Below are positions 14,341 through 27,039 of a stretch of 64,000 nucleotides of DNA, in pieces. The notes under the pieces are model-generated. The model made no database searches. It saw nothing but the letters and a program-made list of their open reading frames with translations, and was not told where the DNA came from. The stretch is from Antedon mediterranea (taxonomy: Eukaryota > Animalia > Echinodermata). The position numbers were made by a program, and so were the translations under genes. The DNA is taken from assembly GCF_964355755.1 (NCBI RefSeq), contig NC_092675.1, forward strand, positions 7,683,812-7,747,811, in the 5' to 3' direction. Within the stretch, counting starts at the first letter, position 1. Each line of letters begins with the position of its first letter.

Positions 14341-16307
14341 GTAAAACACAATTGCTCTGATTACTAGCTGCATTCTGTTTGATCCAAAAAATGACTGGAG
14401 TAATAATTATTAATACTAAAATGACAATTTTAAAACTTCTGTATGCATTTAAAGACCAAGTATTAACTCTAGACGAGTATGATCATTCAAATTCGATTCA
14501 ATTTTTTTTACTGAATGACTTACTTTTTTATGTAAATAAAAATATCAAAAATTCATGCAGTTCAAAAATGTCATGAGGCAGGGATATGAAACTATTTAAA
14601 AGAATCGATTTGGACTAATTGATTTTAAGGAAATCTTTATACAATAGCTCATATGTCATGAATTAGGCTAAATCATTTTTAATAATTCAAATATACTTTA
14701 GCAAAGCGGCCTAGAGCAAAATGTCCCCTTCCACTGATCTAGATTGATCGGATGGCCTAGCAATATTGTCATAAGCAAATTGTGTTATGTACAGTAGTGG
14801 TGTTGGGTTCCAATAACATGGATTGACCTAAACATTCCAGCTCTGCTAAGGTGCCCCTAGATATCTTAGTGTTGTGCTTCCATCACTTATTTGCCATAGT
14901 ATACTTTTAAATGGCTAAAACAAGCTAGAATTAATTATACAGTATGTAACTCAAACTACTGTACATTTTAGTACAAAAGCAAATTAAATCTAATTGGCAC
15001 AACTCATGAATTTCAATCAGTTGAGTCAATCTATATATGCTTTAGGTAGTAACATTTTACTCCATTGATTAAGAATACAAATTTAATGGTAATGCATACA
15101 TGGCAACATCTGAAATTAAAAAAATGGGAGGTGGAGTTTTTTTTTTGCAGTGTGTGACATGACAAGCGGTATATCGCATGGTGGCTATGTGAGGGGAATC
15201 CCCTTTCCATTGAGAAAAAAAATTAAAAAATCATGACCGCAGATGTTCGTACAATGGCTTAAATATTTTTAATTTGTTTGTGTATAATATAAGCCTTTTT
15301 GTTATATTTTAATGCAGAAAACCACACATACTGCATCAAAATTCAGTTATCTTTGTAATCCAGGAGAAAATGTGGAAAACCGGGAGCACAATATTAGGCT
15401 AAGAGTCTCCCAGCCAGAATGTATGGTCATTTAAGGTATCAATTTTTGTTACTGGAGAAATAAAAACAAAAAAAGCAAAACAAAAACATTAGACAGTACA
15501 AATTCTGCTAATATAATAAGTGTTCATTATTTATGTCAGGTAGTTTTTATAAAATTGTCTAATACGGTATGCATGGTAGCAACTACTAATATCAACAATT
15601 TACATAATCATTCTGCTATTACTTTAGGATTCTCAATACTTTAATTATCATGCAGATAACATTTTGATAAATATTGCGTAGTGTTCTATTAATAATTAAT
15701 GTTTATTTAGCAACGACACATATTAATGACATGAAATCCAAGACTAATGCAAATTGCAATGGAAATACTTCAAACATCAAATTACAAATTTGAAAACATG
15801 ATTTTGGATAGAATTGAAAAAATATTAGTAAAGAGCGCCCTCAAGATTACTGATAGTTCTCTTTTGATGTCCCCAATGTTATTATTCAATGAGGAAAACA
15901 ATAAATATACAGTACTTCTGAAATTTGAATAAAACTCATCATTGAATGAAATTAAATGTAAAAGTTTTTTGTCCCTCAATAAGTTCCTCACTTCAAAAAG
16001 TTGGCAAACTTTAAAAACCTTTAATAAGGTAAGTCAATATCCAAGTTCCCCATTTTTAATTAATGTACAGTACTGTTACACAGTGATGTAACAACAGCTA
16101 TGAGCGCTCACTGAATAAATCCAGGGGCCCAGCGGATGAGCAGCCTGAATTCAACTACCCAGCATTGGAGGTCCCCCTTAGGAATGCTAAACCATAGGCA
16201 GAAGCTGTTTTTAATATCATATTTTAGTATCCTATGTTTAAAGAATAGTTGTATGCAGTGCATTTAATTTTTATTTATTTATTTATAGTAAAATCAGTTT
16301 TAATTAA

Positions 16308-16460
16308 GCTTGGTTCCCACTTGGGCACAACACATTGATGTAGGCGCAACATAAGTGATTTGACCAATCACCAACGATAGTTTGGATGATCTATCGTGTT
16401 ACGAGTGGGAAATTACTCACGTTAGTGTTACTTGCGTCGCTAATTCTACTTGAGAACTTG
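16308..16460. mobile_element. Degenerate copy of MITE family B
   Basis: gcttggttcccac...tgaccaatcac...cttgcgtcgcta, shared with 49911-50087 and 54148-54320. Confidence 0.55.
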
Positions 16461-16990
16461 GGAAAGTGGGTGTCCATGTCCACCTCCAAACCAGTACATT
16501 TAAATCCATGCAATCAACATGTTTATTAGTAAAAACAATGAACATTGAAAATGTATTTCAACATTGAATACCTTGGAAATTATCTGTTATCATAATGAAT
16601 AGATAATAATAATAGATAGATATATATGCCAGGCCTTGTCTTTTAAGGCGAGTGAGTGCGATCACTCACCTACTGTAACACACTCCTAAACTGAGGAGTG
16701 CGATTTACAACACGCCTAAATTTGGTAAACTTCTACACACGAAAATACAAACAGCACACCTACAGTACCCCTGAATGTATTGAGGAGTGCAATTTGTAGC
16801 ACACCTATGATTTTCAAAAGACAAGGCCTGATATGCGCAAATAAACGATGTCTTTATGCACTCGACAATAAAGAGAAAGAGTGGAAAACAAAAGGAAGAG
16901 AACAAAAAGACAAAAACATCAAGCTAGCATCCAAACAGATCTTGGAAAACACAGCACTTTGAAACCTTTGTCTCTTGCGCTTTATAAATG

Positions 16991-17031
<41 letters not shown>

Positions 17032-17751
17032 ACCAGAGTATAGGATACTGTAGATATATATATATATATAGATATAGTACATACCAAATAAAATATTCTT
17101 CCATATATATTCCGTAAAATAGGTTAAATATGTTAATAACCAATAATTTTACTATCCTAGTAATTAAATTACTTCTAAATGCTTAATTAACAAAGTACTC
17201 AACGAATGACCTTTGAGCGTCATTATAATAATTTAATTAAATGAAATTATAAACAAAAATAAACTCAACATATTGTACATGGAAAAGAAAATAATAGTAT
17301 TGTAAATAAGACAACAAAATCATAAAAAACAGTGTTCGTAGTATTAGTATTAGTATTATTAGTATTATAATATTCAAAGTGGTAAGTCGATCTACAATAC
17401 ATTATAATTGCACTCGTTAAATACACATTCCTGTCTAATGTATAATCATTACCTCGATGATTGCAGTCCACTAAATCATCATTGAAATTGCATAATAAGT
17501 TTTCTTATGATTATAGATTCAGTTGCTTTTATTTGATCCTTTTCTTCACACTAAAGTTGGTCCTAGAGTAGGTTGGGCCTAAATATGGTCAAGTCAATCA
17601 AAATCATCATTTTGTGTAAAGTTTTAGGTCGGTCGGTATACGCTCATTTGCTGTGAGATTGTGGTGGTTGTTGGAAATCTTGACGGTAGTTGACAAAAAA
17701 ATATTGTGACCTTTGACATATTATTATTAACATGGTTTCATTTTAATCTAA

Positions 17752-17890
17752 AAACTATACTATCAAACTTTATGTGAAAACAAAATGTGATGTGTCTAAA
17801 TATATGGTTTGATATGCTTAATGATAGTGACAGGATATCATCATGTCCATACATGGGCACATCAAATTTTGTTGTAACATACATTTTGGT
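17752..17890. mobile_element. Degenerate copy of MITE family C
   Basis: actatcaaactttatgtga...tgtgatgtg...gggcacatca matches 44406-44555. Confidence 0.55.
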
Positions 17891-19375
17891 CTAAAACATC
17901 TCCAATTCAATTCAATTCAATTCAATTTCTTTATTGCTGCAAATGCCATCATATATCATCATCATAATATCCGCTTAAACATACTACATCATACAAACAT
18001 AATTATACATATTTACATTTAAAATTTAAACACATAACAAATTATAGTCATTACTACTGTAGTTATTATTATTCTTAATTATTATGCGATTTAAAGCTAT
18101 TCTAAGCACTTGGTGTTTAAATTTTGAAAAAGTGTTTAAAAAGATTGAATAACAAGGTAATATGGCTCCTACATGAAACGTTCTCCAGATTTGAAAAAAA
18201 AAAAATATCAATTTGGTTGATATTATTATTTACAAATATATCAATATGTTTAAAATCACACAATTCTCTACTGGTTGTTACAATCCTAGTCAAAAATATT
18301 TTTATGTCAACATAAACAGACCATTATTTAATCAAGATGAAAAATTATATAGTACTGTCATGTTCAATGAGAATACAGTAGAAATATTGCTTTGTACTAG
18401 TACTGTATACAGTACTGTATACAGTACTGTAGTAATAATTGAGTGTAGGAATGTTTAAGTAACTGTGAAAATGAGAAATTTATGAATGTTATCCGATAAT
18501 GCTCAGATCACGCAATCATTTGAAAATTTACAAAAATTAATATCAAAACTGGTTTATGTTGATAATGCATTATTATCCTGGGATTGGTAACATCTGCTTT
18601 CATGTCTAAAAATGTACTCATAATGTACAACAAAACCAATAATCAACCGTACAATATCTACTCGCAAAAATGTGTATAAAGCACTTAGTGATATTGGTTC
18701 AATATGATATAATTGTAGGAAAAAAAATGCCTATCAATGAGCAGTTAAAAAGTGTTCATTACTAATAAAACATAAATATTATTATTATGGCATGTTAGTA
18801 ATGAGTGCATTAGTGGTTTGCATGCGCTAAGAGAAAAAAAACTACTGACTTTTGGAGTTGTTCATCAATAAAAAGCAAATTATATATTTTTAAATATTTT
18901 TAATTTATTAAACCTAAAAGTTATCAATATCAGTATCCAGTATTATTATTAATTATGTCTTCTTATAAAACAAAACTGTAATACCAGTCTGATATTTTCT
19001 CCACAAAAAAAATAGTGATAGATATTAAGAAGAAGATAATCTATCCAATCCATAAAACCATTTCCACAAGGCGTCTTTTCAGTTTTCCTAGTAGAGTATA
19101 AGAGGACAACCACCAATCATGTACTAAACAGGAAGAAAAATAAGACAAACTCCATAAAGAAGCAAGGATGGATTTATTTTTCCATAGAGAATTACCAGCT
19201 TCTTATATCTTAGGACCTCCCAACATCATGTGCTTAAATAGTGGTTGGCACAGTTCATTGAACACTGTCAAGCCTGAGAGGTGGTATTCTACATAGAGAT
19301 CTCCCTGCTCTCTATGTGGGATAGGACACGCAATAAGACATTTAGATGGGTGGTATTGGTTTGGTTAACAAAGTC

Positions 19376-19565
19376 CATTGGACAACCAAGTGCAGGGGAT
19401 AAGTGGTATCCCACATAGAGACGTTACAACTCTCCTGCCTGTACTTTAATGGAATTAGACAGTCAATTGGACACCCAAGTGCCGGGGATGAGTGGTATCC
19501 CATCTAGACGTTACAGCTCTCCTGCCGTACTTTAATGGAATTAGCAGAGTCAATTGGACACTCAA
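19376..19565. repeat. Short degenerate tandem duplication (~85-90 bp unit, 2+ copies)
   Basis: ttggaca(a/c)ccaagtgc..gggat.agtggtatcccac/cat..agacgttaca.ctctcctgcc.gtactttaatggaattag is repeated. Confidence 0.7.
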
Positions 19566-20616
19566 GAGCCTACTGTATAGTTACCCCACATAGAGACGCC
19601 ACTGTACTTTTCAGTGGTATACAGTATATTCGATCAAGATGAGCCTAATATTATGGTATTTTTATGTAGACCTCACAGTTATTACGGTAACAGCGAATAA
19701 CACTGGTTTCACATTCCAAACTCAAGAATTGGAGTGTCCACCTATCTGATACAGTAACGCACAATTCTCCCTTCTCTACCTTCGTTATTCAAGGTGTTTC
19801 ATGTCTATAAACAATCGTTTAAAACAAAACACTTCTAAAAAGTAAAAATATGTATTGTTTATCTTCATTTTGGTGTTTACTAATTTTACACATACTGTAC
19901 AGTGTAATGCAGTCAGTACACTAACTGAACAAAATTTTTAATTTTTCGGGTTTTTCAAGCAGTTTTTTTTCTCTCATCAAGAGAGGCCGAAAATATTTTC
20001 CATCAGCACTCGCACACTACGTACACGTATATTTATCATTACAGACTAATTCGACATGAATACGCAAGGAAAATACAGTATGAATACCATAATGTACAGT
20101 AATATATAATGATCTTTATGCCTCATTGCACATATGATATAATTACAAGTACTATCCAATGAATATTCAATTTCGGAAATTGACTTTGGTTTAAAGAAAG
20201 AGTTAGTACATCATGTTTGATAGTTATAAATTAAATTCATGCTCTAAAAGAAACGTCCATGCAACATTAGAGACACAAGCTAAAAGCTTTCGACTTAAAG
20301 TAAATTAGTTTTAATATTATTTTCAAAATTAATGTACAGTCCGCCAAAAAAGTATAAAAGCAGATTTTTATTAAGACTGCATTTGAGTGTTATAACCATG
20401 GAAACATCACTCTCTAGTGATGTAATGTCAAGAGTTTTAAGATATACTGTGGACTAAAGTACTCACACACAGGGTGCCATTATTAACATGCACATTAGAA
20501 ACTTAATTAATCAATTAATTGATCTTACACCTACAGTATCAGTACTATAAATATAATTTGCTGAAGAATAAAGATTCTTCCACTAGTAATTTACACTTCT
20601 TTTCTCAGAGTAATTT

Positions 20617-22326
20617 ACTTTCTGTTGATACCAATACTATGGCCTCCCCTATCCCTCACCTCCAGAGTCCTTCACTTTCTGTTGATACAAATACTATGGC
20701 CTCCCCCATCCCTCACCTCCAGAGTCATTCACTTTCTGTTTATACCAATACTATGGCCTTCCCCATCCCTCACCTCCAGAGTCCTTCACTTTCTGTTGAT
20801 ACCAATACTATGGCCTCCCCTATCCCTCACCTCCAGAGTCCTTCACTTTTTGTTGATACCAATACTATGGCCTCCCCCATTTCTCACCTCCAGAGTCCTT
20901 CACTTCCTGTTGATACCAATACATTACTATGGCCTCCCCCATCCCTCATCTGCAGAGTCCTTCACTTTCTGTTGATACCAATACTATGGCCTCCCCCATC
21001 CCTCATCTCCAGAGTCCTTCACTTTCTGTTGATACCCATACTATGGCCTCCCCCATCCCTCATCTCCAGAGTCCTTCACTTTCTGTTGATACCGATACTA
21101 TGGCCTCCCCCATCCCTCATCTCCAGAGTCCTTCACTTTCTGTTGATACCGATACTATGGCCTCCCCCATCCCTCATCTCCAGAGTCCTTCACTTTCTGT
21201 TGATACCAATACTATGGCCTCCCCCATCCCTCATCTCCAGAGTCCTTCACTTTCTGTTGATACCAATACTATGGCCTCCCCCATCTCCAGAGTCCTTCAC
21301 TTTCTGTTGATACCAATACTATGGCCTTCCCCATCCCTCACCTCCAGAGTTCTTCACTTTTTGTTGATACCAATACTATGGCCTCCCTCATTTCTCACCT
21401 CCAGAGTCCTTCACTTCCTGTTGATACCAATACTATGGCCTCCCCCATCCCTCATCTGCAGAGTTGTTCACGTTCTGTTGATACCCATACTATGGCCTCC
21501 CCCATCCCTCACCTCCAGAGTCCTTCACTTTCTGTTGATACCAATACTATGGCCTCCCCTATCCCTCACCTCCAGAGTCATTCACTTTCTGTTGATACCA
21601 ATACTATGGCCTCCCCCATCCCTCACCTCCAGAGTCATTCACTTTCTGTTGATACCAATACTATGGCCTTCCCCATCCCTCACCTCCAGAGTCCTTCACT
21701 TTCTGTTGATACCGATACTATGGCCTCCCCCATCCCTCACCTCCAGAGTCCTTCACTTTCTGTTGATACCAATACTATGGCCTCCCCTATCCCTCACCTC
21801 CAGAGTCCTTCACTTTCTGTTGATACCAATACTATTACTATGGCCTCCCCCATTTCTCACCTCCAGAGTCCTTCACTTTCTGTTGATACCAATACTATAG
21901 CCTCCCCCATCCCTCACCTCCAGAGTCCTTCACTTTCTGTTGATACCCATACTATGGCCTTCCCCATCCCTCACCTCCAGAGTCCTTCACTTTCTGTTGA
22001 TACCAATACTATGGCCTCCCCTATCCCTCACCTCCAGAGTCCTTCACTTTCTGTTGATACCAATACTATTACTATGGCCTCCCCCATTTCTCACCTCCAG
22101 AGTCCTTCACTTTCTGTTGATACCAATACTATAGCCTCCCCCATCCCTCACCTCCAGAGTCCTTCACTTTCTGTTGATACCCATACTATGGCCTCCCCCA
22201 TCCCTCACCTCCAGAGTCCTTCACTTTCTGTTGATACCAATACTATGGCCTCCTCCATCCCTCATCTTTAGAGTCCTCCACTTTCTGTTGATACCAATAC
22301 TATGGCCTCCCCTATCCCTCACCTCC
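20617..22326. repeat. 57-bp minisatellite, about 30 copies
   Basis: Unit tctgttgataccaatactatggcctcccccatccctcacctccagagtccttcactt. It produces the periodic ORFs (SVDTNTMASPIPHLQSPSL)n and (LLIPILWPPPSLTSRVLHF)n. Confidence 0.97.
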
Positions 22327-22344
22327 TTCTCTTTTTGAAAGCTA

Positions 22345-22923
22345 ATACCCCTTTCACACCAAAACTCCGGAGTGTCTCCGGAGACACCCCGGGGTTTATG
22401 ACCATTCGAAACGTCGAGAAACTCCGGAGATACCCCTTTCACACCAACCTAGCAACACCTGGGTTTATAAAATAAAATTGTAAATGTCGCCCTCTATTTT
22501 GTTTGTTTACATAACGACGATCATTAGAATAATTTTAATTAACAATATTTTTAATTTAATAATTACTTTCAAAAGTCTCAGAAGTAATATAATGTTTTAT
22601 TGATACTACTAATTATTTTTTAAACCCGCTATATATTTTGTACAAATATTTAAAGTATTTTGAAATAAAACTAAAGCAATGAGTGATCGTGTGAGGATGA
22701 CCTTTTGACCCGAAACACTCCGGAGTTTGATGTTGGTACCTTTCACACCAAAACACCGGGGTGTCTCCGCAGTTCGCTCTCCGGAGAATGTTCAGCTGTT
22801 CAACCCCGCAGTTTTAAACTCCGGAGTTGCTTGATTTTACCTTTCACACCAAACAGCGGGACGTCAACTCCGGGGTGTCTCCGGAGTGTCTCCGGAGTTT
22901 TGCTTTTGGTGTGAAAGGGGTAT
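22345..22923. mobile_element. MITE with ATACCCCTTTCACACCAAAA TIRs and ctccggag subterminal palindromes
   Basis: taatacccctttcacaccaaaa...ttttggtgtgaaaggggtatta, with many ctccggag motifs and internal ctttcacaccaa copies. TSD ambiguous (TA). Confidence 0.85.
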
Positions 22924-23760
22924 TAGATAATAAACCACTATTTGACTCATTAAATGTTGTTAGCGCTCAGCATTTACAAAGTCCAGGATCTACAGTACCA
23001 CTAAAAGATTTATACATATACTGTACATCTTGTTTTTAATGATCACCGGTTTGTTTGAAATCAGATTTAAATATTTGATAATTATATAATTTAGAGAACA
23101 TATTATTATTATTCATGACAGCAGAAGATGTTTACAACAATGAGCACAACTTACCATTTATATACATGTACCTCCATTCTACAGTCTCAATTGGTTTTGT
23201 TGTTGTTATTATTTTAGTATTCTAGGTATGCAATAAATACAAAACATTGCACATTTTGCAAAATTTGTCCTAAACCCGCCGTCCTATTAAAATGTTTGCT
23301 TCTTTGGTAATTATGTTATAAATAAATAACATTGATTTTGTTATAAAAAAAATTAGTCTGTCACTGACAAACACTTTTGTAGAAGTAAAAGCAGGGAGAT
23401 GTTTAAACATTTACAGTATTTCTATTTTATATTTCCCTGGTAAAAGTGGGAAAACAACAATACAACTTTGGTTGATTTTTTTTGTGAGGTGTGTACTAAA
23501 TTTAGGACAATTGTTAAACTTGTCTAAATTGATAGAACAGGCAATAACTGTTTACACTGATTTTGTCATGTATTATTATACTATAGTAATGCGTACTCTA
23601 TAGAGCACTTAGTCCTTAACTGACACACACAGTCTTCTTTATCCTATTGTTATAGAATTATCTTTATTATCTACAAAAAAACTATTCTTTGTAGAGTAGC
23701 ATATTAAAGGAAATGTCAAAAATGTCTAAAAATATTTTATAGGTCTCCACTTTAAGTTAA

Positions 23761-24155
23761 AGACCCATTCCCTACAATTTGTGACGTTTTGTAAAAATAA
23801 TGCATATTACTTTAAAAACATTATAAACTTAAATGTTTGTTTTATGGAAATTATGATAAAAAGAGAGTTTAACAATGCACTACCTATGTAGCTTGCGGCG
23901 AATGTCCTCTTGTGGACAGTCTTTAGTCATACATGTAGTCATACATGTAGTCTAGCTAGACTTTTTGTAGGCCTAGCTGGTAAACATTGGTAACGTACGA
24001 ACATTGTACGCTAGTAGAATCGACTTATTTTGCACATTTTTAACCGTTTAGAGACGAAAAAAGTTAACTCAATAGAACCAATAGTAGTATTTATTTTTAC
24101 ATTAAATGTAGTTTGTGACCTTAAATTTGATCTAAAAAACATCGGGAATGGGACT
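23761..24155. mobile_element. Kolobok-like MITE (TTAA TSD, short AG...CT TIRs)
   Basis: ttaa|agacccattccc ... gggaatgggact|ttaa. Confidence 0.7.
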
Positions 24156-26304
24156 TTAAGTATTGGTTGTAATTCTACTTTTATTTTATGTTAAATTTAC
24201 TTGCTGACCGTTTTTTTTATTAAAGTTTCATTTATTTTTTAATTTTAGTTAAATAATGTAATTTATTTTAGTAATAATGTATTAAATGCTAGAACGTACC
24301 GTTTTATAAACATGTGCCGCTGATCCAAAAAAGCGTTGTTCAAATAAAGTTTGAGTTTAGGGAATGGATCTATTGGAATTTGAAACTATTACAATTTACT
24401 GTACTGTAAAAAAATGCGAAAATCAATCCTAGTCCAACAGACCATGCCATTATCAAAGAGAAAATAAATTATCAAAAATACATTATTAACATACTGTGTC
24501 ATTTGCAATACTATAAAACCTGGCCATTATCTATTGTGTGATGGAAATATAATTTTGTAAAAGGCTAAATCTGTCCCTGAAGTGTTCAAAGCTGCTTTTA
24601 TAGTTTATTGTCGTATGTTATGATGAGTGGAGACCATGTTGTTTTGATGCATACTGAATGTAACAATAATAGTGAATCTAATAATAGTTATTATTCTACT
24701 GGTCCATGGACTTTATGATGAATTTGTGGGATTCAGAATAATTAACCAACCCCCTCAAAACATTGTACAGCTTCACAGTGTCTGTCAAGCTATTATAATA
24801 ATATTATTATCATGAAGGATATACAGTAATTGTGCTGGACAGTGGTATGCTTTAATGCTTTCTCCTAATTTCAACATACAGTAGCACTCATCTAAGAAAC
24901 TCTGGATATCTGAAAATAATGTTTTCGTACACAAACCCAACGTCTTGAAAACTGTGCAAAGCGTGTAAATACTTTATTTGTCACTCTCGTAACGTAACAT
25001 ATTTCAATAAATGTACAAATATACACTTCAAATGAGACAAAAAAGACCAAAATAAATCAGCTTTCGCTACTCGAGTTTTGGCCTTTCTACGAGAGTACAA
25101 ATGGGTGGTATTTGTAATATCTGTGATATGACAGTGACTCCATAACTGTTGACACAACACCAGTGTTTTTTTTTTATGGTGTGCGTTCTCCAGTTTTGCT
25201 AGGCGATGTCAAAGGGGTATACACCTGTAGTCCAACAGCATGACTATGAATACTGAAATGCCCAAACTGCATGTATCATTATTCCAGTAAAAATTGTGCG
25301 TTCCAAGCATTTAATAGTCCATTGATAATGATAAAGCATAGGTTTCGGCAAGGAATTAACTCTACTATTATTATTAGTAGTAATTGATATAGATTTTACA
25401 TTGCAATCGCCAATTTTCAAGATGAGATTAGATCAGCCTTCTACACAAGACATTATCATCTAATCAGTATTATAATAACTCCCTTTTTCAAATTACCAGA
25501 GTGCAATAATTACTTCAATTCAGTTAATGATACTGAATAATTAATGCACAAAATCTACTGTATCTCATTTTAAGCCCCTTCTTGCAGGGAATATTACCAT
25601 TACCATGCATGTTTCTGTCCTAAATGCAGACATGTCTGTATAAATAAGTCTGACCTGCTCAAGCCCTATTCATTACTAGGAATATTCCAAGGATAGGAGA
25701 AATGAAAGCCATGCATCCCCTGCCTCTTGTCTTGTTCTTGGACTATACCTTTTGTGGAGAAGGCTGTTTTTTGTTTTTTTTAATTTTAAAGTACTTTTAG
25801 AGTTATAATCTCGCTCTTCGAGGAGAAGGGGCTATTGTCGGTTTATTCAAGCTACAGTACTGTACTGTAGTCACAAAATAGACTTGGCTATTTAAGTGCT
25901 GGATACAGTATCCATTGTGCAATGCCTGCAGGATACATATTATGTGTATTGCATACAATAAATGGAAATTCAAGTGATTAATTTAAAAATTAAAAAATCA
26001 CTAAAATTTATTATAAGATATAACATAAGACACAATTTGCTATTGCAAAAATGATCACATACAGTAAAGGAATACCTGTACTAATATTAGAGTGGGCGCA
26101 TCCAGGGAACAAAAAAAGGTCAAAGGTAAAAAAGGCCAAAACAATTGCACAGACACACAGTACTGTACAATTAGTAGACATCAAATACCCAGAAAAGAAC
26201 TGACCCACCTTGATAGTATGATTTTAATTTGGGTATATTAGCAAAATAAGCATCTGTAATAAATAGAAATATAAATTTCAATTCAATTCAATTCAAGTAC
26301 TTAC

Positions 26305-27039
26305 TTCATATGCATTTGCAATGTTGACAGTCTCTCCAGTTTTCGCTACATATCCCACGATTCCTTTACCCCATGCTACCTTCACTATTTCTTTGCCAAC
26401 AGATTCCTCGACTGTAGAATCAATCGTTACGTCAAAGAGCTTACTCACAAGAAGGCAATTCTCCGTTCCCTTCCCTTGAACCAGGAAAAGTGAGCCACGA
26501 TCCGCACGGGTCAAAATCAACACGTTTTGCAAGATTTTATGACAGAGGCTATTCTGGTCGAGATCATTCGCAATATCCTTCACAAGCTCCATAAGAATTC
26601 GCCGGTCTTCAAGTTGTTTGAGTTCATTGATGGAGTTCCTTGATCGTACAGGAGGTGACAATTTTCCCTGGTGTGTCACTGATGGTCCGAGAAAGCTTGG
26701 AGAGCCGTCAACCGTTTGAACCATACGACCAAGAGACCCACCAGCTTCACGAAGCTCAAAATCTGATGCAGACACCTTTCTAACAGGCGTATTGCTTCCA
26801 GATGAACTGTTTGGCGAGTGGTTTACATCACCTGCCGCTGGTTTTACGCCTTGAGAGACCGCTGTAGCAATGTACCAACCGTCAATCATGCTTCGCGTTG
26901 CTTTACGTGCAAAATAGTCGTGCGTAAACTCAGGATGTTGGTCAAGCCAGATTTCTATCTCCTCGAAACTTGTTTGTGGCGCGTCGGCTGTTTTGGATTG
27001 GGATGCCATCGATTGGCTGCTGGTATCTGATGCGGCCAT
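26305..27039 (-). CDS. Pde11: First coding exon of a GAF-domain cyclic nucleotide phosphodiesterase (PDE11/PDE5-like)
   Basis: WLDQHPEFTHDYFARKATRSMIDGW N-terminal motif and GAF-A start ELVKDIANDLD..LCHKILQNV..ADRGSLFLVQG..LVSKLFDV..WGKGIVGYVAKTGETVNIANAYE. ATG in aaaATGG context at 27039, donor gtaagt at 26304, candidate acceptor cttatag at 27193. No further PDE exon recognised in 1-26304. PDE11 vs PDE5 is tentative. Confidence 0.88.

Noticed and set aside
20519-22271. Long ORFs (263-323 aa) resembling mucin-like or membrane repeat proteins, or a CRISPR-like array
   Set aside because: They arise from a 57-bp tandem repeat with frame-shifting indels. There are no unique spacers or cas genes and the context is eukaryotic.
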